Source: Octopus sinensis
Lineage: Eukaryota
Direction of reading: 5' to 3'
DNA: 64,000 nt
Assembly: GCF_006345805.1 (NCBI RefSeq)
Contig: NC_042997.1
Coordinates: 89,962,001 to 90,026,000 of the forward strand
The first letter of the stretch is position 1. Each line of letters starts with the position of its first letter. A program made the position numbers and the translations under genes. Below the pieces are notes generated by a model. It made no database searches. It saw nothing but the letters and a program-made list of their open reading frames with translations, and was not told the DNA's origin. Positions 52,810-64,000 of this stretch are shown piece after piece.

Positions 52810-55233
52810 TCTTTTACTCCCTCTGTCTCTTTCTCTCACCCTACTGCTCACACATCATGTAGTTAAATTACATGCTCTGTTTTATGTTACAATGCATTCT
52901 AATATTGCATATCTTGTGTAGAAAATTTCTAATTTATATATGCAAATGTAATTTCTTTCTAGGTTATGCCTGGTTTACTGCTGTGTTTTGTGCTAAGGTA
53001 TGACGCGTACAAGAAGTCTCAGCTGAACAGCATTGAGGCAGGAATCCCACAACCCATCAATACCATTCAAAAGATCACATATTTCCATTGCTCTTTAATA
53101 GGGTATTTTTTAGGTGAGTCTCTAACTTTGTCCTTATTATTAACTTTTGTCTCCTTCAGCTTATTATTTTCTTCAACAAGCAAAATTTATTCTCCAACAG
53201 TACTAACTTGTACAACAACCATTAAACATTCATTATTCTTGAAATGTTTAGTTGTCAATAAGCAGAGAGACTGAGAGAGGTAGACACTGTAGAGCAGGGA
53301 TCAGCAAACAGGGGTAAATTATCTCAAGTGGGGTAAAAATTAAATTCTTGGGGGTAATGAGGACTTATTAGACATAAGTAAAATTATATAAAAAAATGTA
53401 TTCTTTGTTAGGACAGAAATTTTTCTTCTGGCATGAGGAGGCAGTCAAAAGGTTTCTGCCTTTTGAAATAACCTACCTTTGCAAACAAAGATTTTCCACT
53501 CGAATGAACATAAAAAGAAAGCAGGGTAATCAATTGGACCCTGAAGGCTATATCCACATTTCTCTGGTATCAAAATGCCCTGATTTTGATGTAATTGTAA
53601 CAAAAATGAAACAACATAATTTCTCCAAAACATCATCATCAACATCGTTTAGCGTCTGTTTTCCATGCTGGCATGGGTTGGACGGTTCGACTGGGGACTG
53701 GGAAGCCAGGAGGCTGCACCAGGCCCCAATCTGATCTGGTGGTATTTCTACAGCTGGATGCCCTTCCTAACACCACCACTCGAAGAGTGTTGTGGGTGCT
53801 TTTTACGTGCCACCTGCACAGAGGCCAGAGGAGCTGGCATCAACCACGATCGGATGGTGCTTTTTATGTGCTACTGGCACGAGGGTCACAACTACAATTT
53901 CCATTTGATTTGATTTTGATATTGCTGTTGATGTTGATGTACTTGACTCAATAGGTCTCCTCAAGCACAGCATGTCACCCTACGATCCAAGGTACTTTTG
54001 AGTGGGCTGGTTATGTGACACTGGTGTAGGTTACAGCTGTGGACTTGCTTTATTTGCCGGGTCTTCTCAGTCACAGCATATCTCCAGAGGTCTTGGTCTT
54101 TTGTCATTGCCTCTGTGAAGCCCAACGTTCAAAGGTCATGCTTCACCACCTCATCCCATGTCTTCCTGGGTCTCCCTCTACCCTGGATTCCTTTCACTGT
54201 TTGGGAGTGGCACTTCTTCACACCGCTCTCCTCATCCATCTTCAGTACATAACCATACCAACACAAACGTCTCTCTTGCACTCCACATCTGATGCTTCTT
54301 ATGTCTAACATTTCTCTCATGTGTGCACACTGGCATTACACATCCAGCAGATCATGCTAGCTTCATTTCTTTCGAGCTTACACATGCCTTCAGCAGTCAT
54401 GACCCATGTTCCATTGTCATGAAGCATGGTAGTTTGCCCACATGCATCATACAATCTACCTTTCACTCTGAGCAAGAGGTCCTTTGTCACCAGTAGGGGT
54501 AGAAGCTTTCTGAACTTTGCCCAGGCTATTCTCACTCTAGTCGCTACACTCTCAGAGCAACCACCTGCATGTGAAAGCTATCTTCCCTGTTAATCGTCCA
54601 ATGGGATAAGAGGCCTGTCAATTTAGAGACAAAGAATTTTAAGATTCACACACAATGTTCTGTGTGTGTGTATTATATATATATATATATAACCTATTTA
54701 GGGTCCTTTATAAGTGATGTTTTTGTTTAGTCTGTCTATTGGGAAATATTCAACCTGAGCATCTGTGGTGTTCATTGCCCCTGTGCGTCTGCTGCATGTG
54801 AAAGCTATCTTCCCTGTTAATCGTCCTTTGATTTTGCTGTACATCTTATGTGTCCGTAGCTTGCACTGGATACATCTTATGGAGTTTCCACCTATACCTT
54901 TTCCTCAGATCAAGTAGGGCCACCTACCTGAAGGGGTGTGTGAACCTGAAATGTAAAAGTTTTTAGAAAAATCCTTTTGTTTCATAATGAGGATATTAAT
55001 TTGTTTTATTGCATTTGTTTTATACTTTTTATATTTATAATTGTATTCTCCATATAAATAGATTCGATAAACCTCTTGAATCCAAAGAATCTATGATTTT
55101 CTTCCTTTTGAAGGGGGTAACATTGACATAAATATATTTTAGGGTAATTGGTTAAAAAAGTTCCCTGAACCCTGCTGTAGAGAAGGGGGAGAGAGATATA
55201 GATAGCTAGATAGATAAAGAAAGAGAGAGATAC

Positions 55234-55281
<48 letters not shown>

Positions 55282-58200
55282 TGATAGATAGATAGATAAA
55301 GAGAGAGAGAGAGTTTTGAAATTGTTGTTGGAGCAAATGAACTAGGAAGAGGTCCATTGATATTTTAACCCTTTAGTGTTCAAATTACTCTGTCAAATGT
55401 AATACTTTTTTATTCAAATTGTTTGTATTAATCATGAATTAAGTCATTAAGTTGATAAATTGTTGTTTGTTTGATATGGAGATCAGCTTCTGTGGAAGTA
55501 AAATATATGTCATTATGCCATTAGGGTGGGTGGGGGTGACATGAGTAATGGTCTAAAGATCAACTCTTTAGATTTTATACAGGAAATTGATCACAGATTT
55601 TTTTTGTGTGTGTGTATATAATGCAAAGTATTTCACTTTCCACAAGGAAATACTGTTTGATTTTTTTTCACCCCTTCCTTTCTCATTCATATGTTGTAAT
55701 GGAGAAAGACACGAGAGTATTATTATAGTTTATAATGCAATTAGAAAAAGCTGATCCCAGATTTATTGAACTAATTAAGATGGCAAATTGGCAGAGTCCT
55801 TAGAACATCAGGTAGACTGATGTTCTTTCTAACTTGTTCTAACTTTCAGCACTGTGAGTTCACCTCTTTCTGGAATAACTTTCAGGGTTGATAAAAATAA
55901 TTATTAATCTAGGACAATGAATTGGCAGTACTGTTAGAACTTTGGCCAGGATTCTTTTAGGTGCCTTTTCTGGCTCTTTTTTTTTCAAAGCCTGGCCCTG
56001 GTGTCAAACTGCATCAGCATAGAGAGAGTAAACTTGCATATATGGACCACTGCTAGTCTTCTTCAAAAACAGAAAAAAAACCCTCCAAAACAACAGAAAA
56101 AAGAAAAGACCATGCCCATAACTGCTTGTTTTCAGACTTTTTGTTCGACCACATTTCATACGTTCTGAGTAGTAAAAAAGCTTTCCTTTCATAAGTCCCA
56201 AGTTACTCTGGTGGCTGAAAAAAATTAGGAATGTGTATAATATATAGTGCATGGACAACAGGAAAATGTATAGGACAGCAAAGTGTCAAAGAATGGATGG
56301 CCATAGTTGGAATGCCTTTGATCAAAGTTTTGCTCAGTTAAGATAAGAACAATTTAGCCGGAAAATAAGCTATCAGTCCAATCCAAAACCTATTATAGAA
56401 GATAGTAGTAGAGCATGAAAATGTTCTACTCCTAAGAATCATCTAACTAAAAAATGGTGAAACCTGACCCACAGAGGCCCTTGGTAAAATGATAATCTAA
56501 TTAAATAAGCAGTTCCTAGATTTATTGCATAATGTAGAGTGTGTAACTGGAAAATTTGTAAACATACTTGTTGTAGGGTGTGTTAAATGCTATACTTTCT
56601 AGAGAATTTAGAGGATTTCATTTAATAAGGAGCTCATTTCAGTTTGTTGTATTAATGTGGCCAGTTGTAGATCTGCTATATTCCTTGTGGAAAATTCCAT
56701 GAACACTTCAAGCTCTCTTAGCAATCATACAAAGAGGTTGTCTCATATTATTAATGCAGGATTTTGTTTTTGTCCTGTTTTGTTTTTTGTTAATGTAGCG
56801 GCTGCAGATTTTTCACAACTTTGGCCCTACAAAGTTCCAGGTTATGGTTAACTGACCAATGGGATAAGAGGCCTGTTAATTTAGAGACAAAGAATTTTAA
56901 GATTCACACACAATGTTCTGTGTGTGTGTATTATATATATGTATGTATGTATATGCAGATGTGTGTGTGTGTGTATATATATAACCTATTTAGGGTCCTT
57001 TATAAGTGATGTTTTTGTTTAGTCTGTCTATTGGGAAATATTCAATTAAAAGGAGAGTAAATGTAATGTTGTTCAGAAATGCCTATTTTCTAATATAATT
57101 TCCCAATGAATGTGATCAGTTTTCATATAGCTATTGATAAAATTCTTACCAGATAAGATTGAATTGAAAAAAATCAATAATTTGTGTTTAAAGAATTTGA
57201 ATACTTAGTGATATTGGTGAGCCTGCTGTTTTGATGACTTGTAATGGCAGTATTCATATTAAAGATCTGTATCTATGGCAATGGTGTTTATGGGAAAGAT
57301 TTTGTCAGGTTAATCTACAGCTTTTATTTCTATTATGGTTGTGATGTTGTTGGCTAGTTCTGGTTTGTTCTACTTGATGAAAGAAGACCTACTGCAATAG
57401 GGGTAGCAGTTGAACATGTGTGTGACTCTGTCACACACATGTCATCAGGTTATATATATATATTTATACATATGTGTACATGTGTGCACGCACACTAAGA
57501 AGTTTGCTTCCAAACCACACAATTCTTTGTGGCACCTTGGGCAAGTGTCTTCTGCTATAGTTCCAGGCTTAAATATTATTGGCTTACACCTGGCATCACA
57601 TAACATCATATCATACCATTAGGTTACCCTGTATGAAACCTGACCAACAGACTAACATTTTAAATCAATAGCGAGACTCAAAATGTGGTTGCATGATCTG
57701 TTAGAAAAAGCAGCCAGATTGCTTTTTCTAAAAGATCATTTTCTAACAGCCAAATTGTTCCAAATTACATCTAAAAAATTAAGTGAACATCAATGGAATC
57801 TGTATCTTTGTGGTACCAGTGCCGGTGGCACACACTTTGTGGTACCAGTGCCGGTGGCACACAAGAGAACCATCCGAACGTGACCGTAGCCAGTTCCGCA
57901 TCGACTGGCCTCCGTGCTGTGGGCCGTACAAACCCAATCCGATCATGGCCGTTCGCCAGCCTCATCTGGCACCTGTGTCGGTGGCACATAAAAACACCTT
58001 CCGAAGACCCGAATACATCTAGTCAGTCCACCTGTGCATACCTTCCTTCTTGTGACACTTGTGAAGACCGGTTGAGGCAAGTGAAAATCAAATCAAATCA
58101 AATCAAAATAGACAAAATAGATGAACATCAATGGAATTGTATCTGTGGTACCAGTGCACACAAGAAATCCATCAGTGCTGTAGTCAGTGCGGTGGGCACA

Positions 58201-59987
58201 TGACAAACACCATCCGATGGCCGTTCGCCAGCCTCATCTAGCACCTGTGTCGGTGGCACATAAAACACCATCCGAAGACCCGGCAAGACTAGTCAGGCCA
58301 TAACCCATGGCCCCTACCTGGGACGTACAGTCCACCTGTGCATACTTCTTGTGACACTTGTGAAGACCTGTTGGGCAAGTGAAAATCAAAACAAATCAAA
58401 TAGATGAACATCAATGGAATTTGTATCTTTGTGGTACCAGTGCCTGGCACGTGGCAACAAGAAAACCATCGAACGTGGCGTAGCAGTACCGCATCGACTG
58501 GCCTCCGTGCTGTGGGCACTAACAAGCACCATCCGATCGTGGTGTTTGCCAGCCTCATCTGGCACCTGTGTCTGTTCATAAAAACACCATCGAGCGTGGC
58601 GTCTGCCAGCCTCGTCTGGCACCTGTGTCGGTGGCACGTAAAACACCATCGAGCGTGCCGTTGCAGCCTCGTCTGGCACCTGTGTCGGTGGCACATAAAA
58701 TCACCCACTACACTCTCGGAGTGGTTGCGTTAGGAAGCATCCAGCTGTAGAAACACTGCCAGATCTGACTGGACTGGTGCAGCTTTCGGCTCCCCGACCC
58801 AGTTGAACCGTCCACCCATGCTAGCATGGAAAGCGGACGTTAAATGATGATGATGATGATGATGATGATTAAATGTCCTAGATGTACAGTGCCTGGGAAA
58901 AAAAAAAACCTAGAAAAATGAAACAAGAAATGGAATGGTCACAACTGGAAGTACTTTGGATCTGCTTTAACCCTTTAACATTCAAACTGGCCATATCCAG
59001 CCCAAGCATTCTATGTGTTGTTTTTTGGGGGGGTTTTTTTGTTCTAAATGGCCAGGTCCAGCCTCTTACATCTACCCTACATTGTCATTCTAAAAATAAG
59101 CAATCATATTCTTTTACTTGTTTCAGTCATTTGACTGCAGCCACACTGGAGCACCACCTTGAAGTGTTTTAGCCAAACAAATTGACCCCAAGACCTATAT
59201 TTTTTAAAGCCTAGTACTTACTCTATTGGTCTCTTGTGCCAAACTGCTAAGTTATGGGGATGTAAACACACCAACACCAATTGTCAAATGGTGAGGGGTG
59301 ACAGACACAAAGACACCCACACCCACAATTTCTCTCCATCTGATTTGAGAACAAGATACTTAATAGATAATATGGTCCTATGGTAGCCTCTAAAAAACAC
59401 AGAAAACACCTAGGATAGCCACAGCTTAAATGCCTTTGATCAGAGGTTTGGTTAAACATCATAGATATAGTTTAGTCTAAATGTCAGAGCATCAGTGTTG
59501 CCTTTGCAGTCCTTACAACTACAGGCTACTACTTGTCAAAATATCTGTGGTTTATAATATATCACCTATCTGCTAGGGGTAGAAGAAACCATCTCACTAT
59601 ATCCACCACAGTATATTTACCTGTTTAGTCTATGATGATATTAATGTTGATGATTTGTCTTTGCAGGTCTGTTGACTGCCACCGTGTCATCAGAGGTATT
59701 CAAAGCAGCACAGCCTGCTCTTCTCTACCTAGTCCCTTTTACACTGCTTCCTCTGCTGACTATGGCATACCTCAAGGTTGGTACCACACTGCATTTATCT
59801 ACTGCATTTTCACTCATGAATTCATTGGTATCTACATGTTTAAACTGTGCACATACATATACTCCACATCAAACTATAAGCACAAGTGTAAATCTCAGCA
59901 CTGATTGTCTTCAACACATACATCACATATGAATGCTACATGTTTTCCACATACATTAACATCTGTTTCACATATTGTATGTCAGAA

Positions 59988-60025
<38 letters not shown>

Positions 60026-60290
60026 TATAGAGAGGGAGATAATGATGCAAATAACAAATAAAACTAAGCATCTCTGGATCTTATGTGTTGACTATCTACA
60101 TGTGTGAATGTGTGTACACATTATGTGGTGTATATATATGAATACCACACATACTATTTACATAATGTATACATAAATGCTACACCTATATGTTAATGGA
60201 GAATTCTGTTTTCTTTGTTGCCAGGGTGACTTGCGTCGCATGTGGAATGAGCCATTCATCAATAACCAGTCTAGCAAGCTAGAGGTCTAA
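32076..60290 (+). CDS. SPPL3: SPPL3-type GxGD intramembrane aspartyl protease, 5'-partial, 9 exons: join(32076..32154,38652..38764,40411..40517,43375..43446,46250..46338,47484..47529,52963..53113,59667..59776,60225..60290)
   Basis: All introns are GT-AG and phases chain without frameshift (79+113+107+72+89+46+151+110+66=833 nt). Spliced translation: [277 protein letters not shown]. It has the YD, GLGD and QPALLY motifs and closely matches vertebrate SPPL3 as I recall it. Confidence 0.96.
32524..32880 (-). mobile_element. tRNA-derived SINE (same family as 29212)
   Basis: Reverse complement of head and tail motifs. Confidence 0.8.
33576..35137 (-). mobile_element. Decayed Tc1/mariner-superfamily (maT/DD37D-like) transposon with both TIRs
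   Basis: TIRs cagggtgtccccaccaaaa / ttttggtgggatactcta; remnant FFDGT.TG..YLNLLQ..FQQDG..WIG. Confidence 0.8.
35565..35865 (-). mobile_element. tRNA-derived SINE, second family
   Basis: Reverse complement of the 45792..46121 family (ctacagctgagtgaa, gggaaaggcaaagg, ggtaaaga end). Confidence 0.75.
38652..38764 (+). CDS. SPPL3: SPPL3 exon (ISFGICGRF...WLLMD)
   Basis: ttttcag acceptor, g|gtaaga donor; overlaps ORF 38632..38901. Confidence 0.95.
40411..40517 (+). CDS. SPPL3: SPPL3 exon with catalytic YD motif (ALGMG...IYDVFW)
   Basis: tgtttcag acceptor, tgg|gtatgt donor; YD at 40503-40508. Confidence 0.95.
41105..41500 (+). mobile_element. tRNA-derived SINE (same family as 29212)
   Basis: ggtgcaggcat..tgtgtggtaagaagcttgc head, gcagtcaaatgattgaaacaagtaaaagaata tail. 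Confidence 0.85.
43375..43446 (+). CDS. SPPL3: SPPL3 exon (VFFSSY...PAENP), 72 nt, phase 0-0
   Basis: gtttcag acceptor, cct|gtaagt donor. Confidence 0.95.
43456..43940 (-). mobile_element. tRNA-derived SINE whose tail starts ~9 nt after the SPPL3 donor at 43447; further minus copies to ~44510
   Basis: tattcttttatttgttacagtcatttgactgtggcc ... cacacagccactc. Confidence 0.85.
44833..45030 (+). mobile_element. GC-rich insert: L1/Tx1-type ORF1 CCHC zinc-knuckle fragment fused to a SINE tail
   Basis: [24 protein letters not shown] (CX2CX4HX4C at 44862..44903), Pro-rich tail, stop, then gactgaaacaactaaaagaataaaagaata. Confidence 0.7.
45792..46121 (+). mobile_element. tRNA-derived SINE, second family
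   Basis: ggctcagtggttagagc (A box), gagtttgattcc (B box), gttcttgagcaagacact. Confidence 0.8.
46250..46338 (+). CDS. SPPL3: SPPL3 exon ([10 protein letters not shown]...KLVFPS)
   Basis: T-rich tract + ctccag acceptor, ag|gtgaga donor. Confidence 0.94.
47484..47529 (+). CDS. SPPL3: SPPL3 exon with catalytic GLGD motif ([15 protein letters not shown])
   Basis: ctctttag acceptor at 47482-83, att|gtaagt donor. Confidence 0.94.
48092..48548. mobile_element. Tc1/mariner-superfamily (pogo/Tc2-like) MITE
   Basis: TA|ccgtaaatcttcgaatata ... tatactcgaagatttatgg|TA. Confidence 0.85.
50470..50622. mobile_element. 153-bp Tc1-type MITE
   Basis: Perfect 26-bp TIR cagttgtggccaaaagtttggaacat, TA on both sides. 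Confidence 0.92.
52963..53113 (+). CDS. SPPL3: SPPL3 exon ([14 protein letters not shown]...IGYFL)
   Basis: ttctag acceptor, g|gtgagt donor; ORF 52966..53274. Confidence 0.96.
53295..55174 (+). mobile_element. Internally deleted hAT (Buster/Charlie-type) element with a nested RTE
   Basis: 8-bp TSD CTGTAGAG (53287-94 and 55175-82), ends cagggatcagcaaac / gttccctgaaccctg, dimerisation-domain remnant [27 protein letters not shown]. Confidence 0.9.
53631..54947 (-). mobile_element. RTE LINE 3' part nested in the hAT, rearranged at 54565-54826
   Basis: catcatcatc tail at 53631; [11 protein letters not shown] and [17 protein letters not shown] in ORFs 54317..54535 and 54129..54320. Confidence 0.88.
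57784..58868 (+). mobile_element. Second, 5'-shorter copy of the composite tandem-3'UTR RTE derivative (matches 20640..21910)
   Basis: Shares idiosyncratic module variants and module order with 20640..21910; (GAT)n tail. Confidence 0.88.
59667..59776 (+). CDS. SPPL3: SPPL3 exon with PAL motif (GLLTAT...QPALLYLVP...AYLK)
   Basis: ttgcag acceptor, aag|gttggt donor; ORF 59672..59932. Confidence 0.96.
60225..60290 (+). CDS. SPPL3: SPPL3 terminal coding exon ([11 protein letters not shown]...KLEV*)
   Basis: ttgttgccag acceptor, TAA at 60288-60290. Confidence 0.95.
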   Translation, partial: GDLRRMWNEPFINNQSSKLEV

Positions 60291-63200
60291 ACAGCTGTGT
60301 GTAGATGGCCAACTACATTATATATACACACACACACATTATATATATATATAATGTATGTATGTATGTATACACCCAACATGGAGGTCTAAATAACTGC
60401 GTAGATGGCCAACTACACTATATGCCCACATTCACTGGTTTTTCAGACCACAGATGGATGGTTGGGGATGATCAATGGAGCACAATAACACTGGAAAAGA
60501 AATAACAAGATTTACAGCTTAACAACAGCATCTGAATGTATGAACACATTACACGCATAAACATACACCTGCTGACCTGTGCACTCACACGTGTATTTGT
60601 GGGTGTTATATATACATACACACACTCACACACACACAAAACGCACATACACTTAACCAAGTCAAGGAAGATAGTGATATAATGTTCTTCTTCCGCTAGT
60701 TGTGGATAAGGTATTCTATGATCTGTGTAATAGTTGGATGAGAACAATACATTCTTACCGCAGCTACCTCTACTACAACTACTACTGATTCAAGATTCCC
60801 CACCACTACAACTACTATTGCAACTTTATACAGGGACTAATTGAATAGCATTGTTGAGCTGGATAACACAAGAGCTGCACTGCGATATGTTACCTTTTGA
60901 GTTTACTCTTTTACCATACACCTGACAGTACACCGGACATCTGTTACGACTATCCCTTGTTTTTCCTGTCAAGAGTTCTATTTTTACTTCCAACTGAAGT
61001 CATTCCTGGTAGAAAAAGAAAAATGGTTTTACCCTTGTCTTGTAATAACTGTTTTTTTTCTGCTGCACTGTTTTCAAACTGTAAATCTAGATTCTTCCTC
61101 CTGTCGCAACTGCCCTCTCCTCTTCCTCATTCCTGCCTCCTATCTGTGCTGCCACCTGCCTCCAACTACTATTTATATTGCTTTTATTTGTATCTGTACT
61201 ACTCTGTGATTAGATACCACACAAGAAAGATGGCAGTGTTGGTGTAAGACAGGATTAAAAAAAAAAACAACCAGGCTTTTGAAGAAAGAAAAGATTTCCT
61301 TAGTAAAAATCATGCTCAATACTGGATATGTTGGAGATATTTGCATAATTTTGTTGCCTTCATTTTCACTCAGTTAAGATATTGGCTATCATCTGTCACC
61401 TTGATTGTTGTTGGTGATTGTATGTAAATCATTATTCATTTGATTTGCTTTGGTGGAGAAATGTAAATAGACATGAGATTATACCAAGGCATCTTCATAT
61501 AGCTCTTCAGTTATTGTTTTATCATTGTTAACCCTCATATATGTCAATCTATAAGTGACAGGCTTCTATTATTCCTACTGATGCACAAGGTTGATGCAGC
61601 TATCAACTTATGAATGTTACAATCCTTTTTTAAATCAACACTATTTCCTAGGCTGGACTTGAAATAATACATAACATTCAGTACATTCCTTGTATACTGA
61701 TTGCTTCTTTGACTCTTATTCTCACTGTACTTCAGTTTTCATGATTTTACCATTCTTTTTGTCTAATTTCCTCTGTTCTTTTCTGTTCTTGTAGTCCGGT
61801 TGCTTCTCTGTTCTTTTTACTTCTCATTCTGGTTGTAACAGTTTTGTGGGACATGTTTTCAGTTTTATATTTCCAGACTCCATACATTTCTGCTAAACTA
61901 AGGCATCATTATCTTATTGAAAATTTAGTCGAAAACAGAAACTTTGAAGGACATACATTGCTATTGTTTCTTTTTTGTCTTTTTTTAAAATTCTAGATAA
62001 ACTTGTATTGTCATTTTAAAGACCCTACCCCTTTTCTAAAAATATAATTCAACAGATTGAATAGCCTTTTAAACTTTTTTTGAATTCATTAAATATTTTA
62101 TTTTAATTCTACCGCCAAAGCAGACTGTTGTTATTTAAATTTTAATTTGTCATGGTCATATTTTTCCGTTCTTTTATAAATTTTTGATGTAGTTTTAGAT
62201 TAAAATTGCCTTCACATTCAACAGTTTTATCTTTGGTAATGACTAATATATAACAATTGCAACTTTAAAGTTAATGATGTGATGTGAAACAGTATGAGTC
62301 AAAGGTTGAAATCAGTAAAGTGCTATATTAAACATCTTTCAGTATTTAATTACATTTCTCTAGATGATACCTACAGAGTTGATTCTGCTCATCATTATCT
62401 CTGGAGTTGTTAGAATAAGTATTAACCATGCCCTTGGGTTCATTCAATCATCTCTTCCCACTCTGTATTAGTTTTGTGGCTACATAACACATTGTTTTTG
62501 TTTTATAATTACTCTATTGCTGTTTTCTCATATCATATACTAAAACAAAGTTATCATTGCTAATGACTGATAGCGTATCAAGATTGCAACTTATTAAAGG
62601 TGACATGAGAACACACTAGATGGTGTGAAAGGGCTTGAGTCAGGAATTGAAACCATGAGCTCAATTCTTCTATTCAGTGCTCAGCTAACATCTTATCACA
62701 AGAGCAATACTATTACAGTGATTATGAATCTAATTGATTGGACACATTTATGCAGTTGAGCAAGCCATATCCAATCTCAGTAGTAGCTCTGTATATAGAT
62801 ACAAACAAGTCAAGCAATGCAACCACCTGTATGTTGTATACTCAATTTATTGTTTAAAAGGAAGAAAAAAAAAACTGATGAGAAATTTTTTTTTATTGTT
62901 TTGTTAAACTTTTACGGTTCTTCCTTGTGAATATTGAATCTAAATCTGCAAAAACCAATTGATGTGCATGCTGACATACATTTAGTAGCTAGTTATTCAG
63001 CTATTTGATTCAATTGTCTCTGGGGGAATATTATACAGACTATGTCTTGATTTAGAGTTTCCAAATATCAGTCAGAGAGTTACAGTTGTCAATTTTAATG
63101 ATTAATTTCAAAATAAAGCAGCAAAGTGAGATTTAAGATAGAACTGTTTCTACTTCAGGTTGTAGCTATCATCCTGTCCCTCTTGTAGATTTCCTCAATC

Positions 63201-64000
63201 TCAGTTTACTGTTACAGGTGTCAACTCACTCTTGCTCTCACCTTGTCACTGTCTGTATTAGTTTTTGTGGAGTTATACAATCTTCAAATGACCAGTATCT
63301 AGACTAGAGGATATTGCTACACTTGCTCTGTGTTCTCAACGGATAATTCACTAATACTTAGCTAAGTCTGGAATATTATAGTCAACCTTGGAATGTTAGT
63401 TGAATCTAAGAATCCTGTCTTCAAGGATTTGAGTTCTTAAACAGCTAATTGATCTCCTTAATTCCATCAACCCAGTAAAATCTCAACTCAGAATTTTTCA
63501 TCTCTCCATCACACTTGAGTTTATTGTGTTTGGGGTTTTCCTTTCTCATTTGAGCCAAATTAACTGCCAAGGGCAATGATGCTGTGGTCTAAACCAGATG
63601 CCAGCAGTGGTAGTTCAGCTTCTACTTCCAGTACTCCTCCTCTTCCTCTGTTGAACCATTCTAGAGTGTATGTGGACTGGGATAGATGATACAGTTGTAC
63701 ATATGTAATGGACAATATAAAGCCAAAACAAATAAAAGGACAGTTTAAAAATTATTTTAAAAAATATTAAAAAAACCCAAACAAACAAACAAAATAAAAA
63801 CAAAAAATGTATTTAAAAACGAGAACAAAAAAAAATAAAATAAAAATCTAACATGGTAGTAGCCACCATTGAGTCACTGAAGCCAAGGTGGCTGCCACTA
63901 ATGTGCCTCTGGAAACAAGAGACCTACAAAGTTGGAAAGACATTAAACCAAAATCATAGACTTCTTTTTTTACTCTTGCTTGTCAAGATATGTTTGTCGT

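Noticed and set aside
59777-59932. Read-through of the SPPL3 PAL exon giving an alternative C-terminus
   Set aside because: A valid GT donor and a conserved terminal exon at 60225 exist; nothing supports intron retention

Overview
Eukaryotic, AT-rich, microsatellite-dense DNA. The repeat families ((TA)n/(CA)n seas, tRNA-derived SINEs, RTE LINEs with (GAT)n tails) resemble those I associate with Octopus genomes; species is not determinable from the sequence. One protein-coding gene is supported: the 3' part of a signal peptide peptidase-like 3 (SPPL3) orthologue on the + strand. It has 9 GT-AG exons between 32076 and 60290, 277 codons plus stop, with YD, GLGD and PAL motifs intact; I could not find its 5' exons in the window. 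The rest is a layered transposon landscape: RTE LINEs whose ORF carries a C4HC3 PHD-type finger inside the RT and whose ends often abut (TA)n, Penelope-like elements (one with a long inverted terminal repeat, two hammerhead-ribozyme-like motifs), an R4/Dong-like remnant beside (TAA)n, mariner/Tc1, hAT, Helitron, MITEs and at least three SINE families. Bases 1-2491 are low-quality sequence with a ~340-bp tandem repeat, ending at a 100-N gap. No prokaryote-type system (CRISPR etc.) is present. The best leads are the PHD-in-RT RTE with apparent (TA)n targeting, a composite element built from tandem RTE 3'UTRs, repeated templated-insertion scars, and the PLE hammerheads. All identifications were made by eye and from memory of family motifs; no database searches were run.
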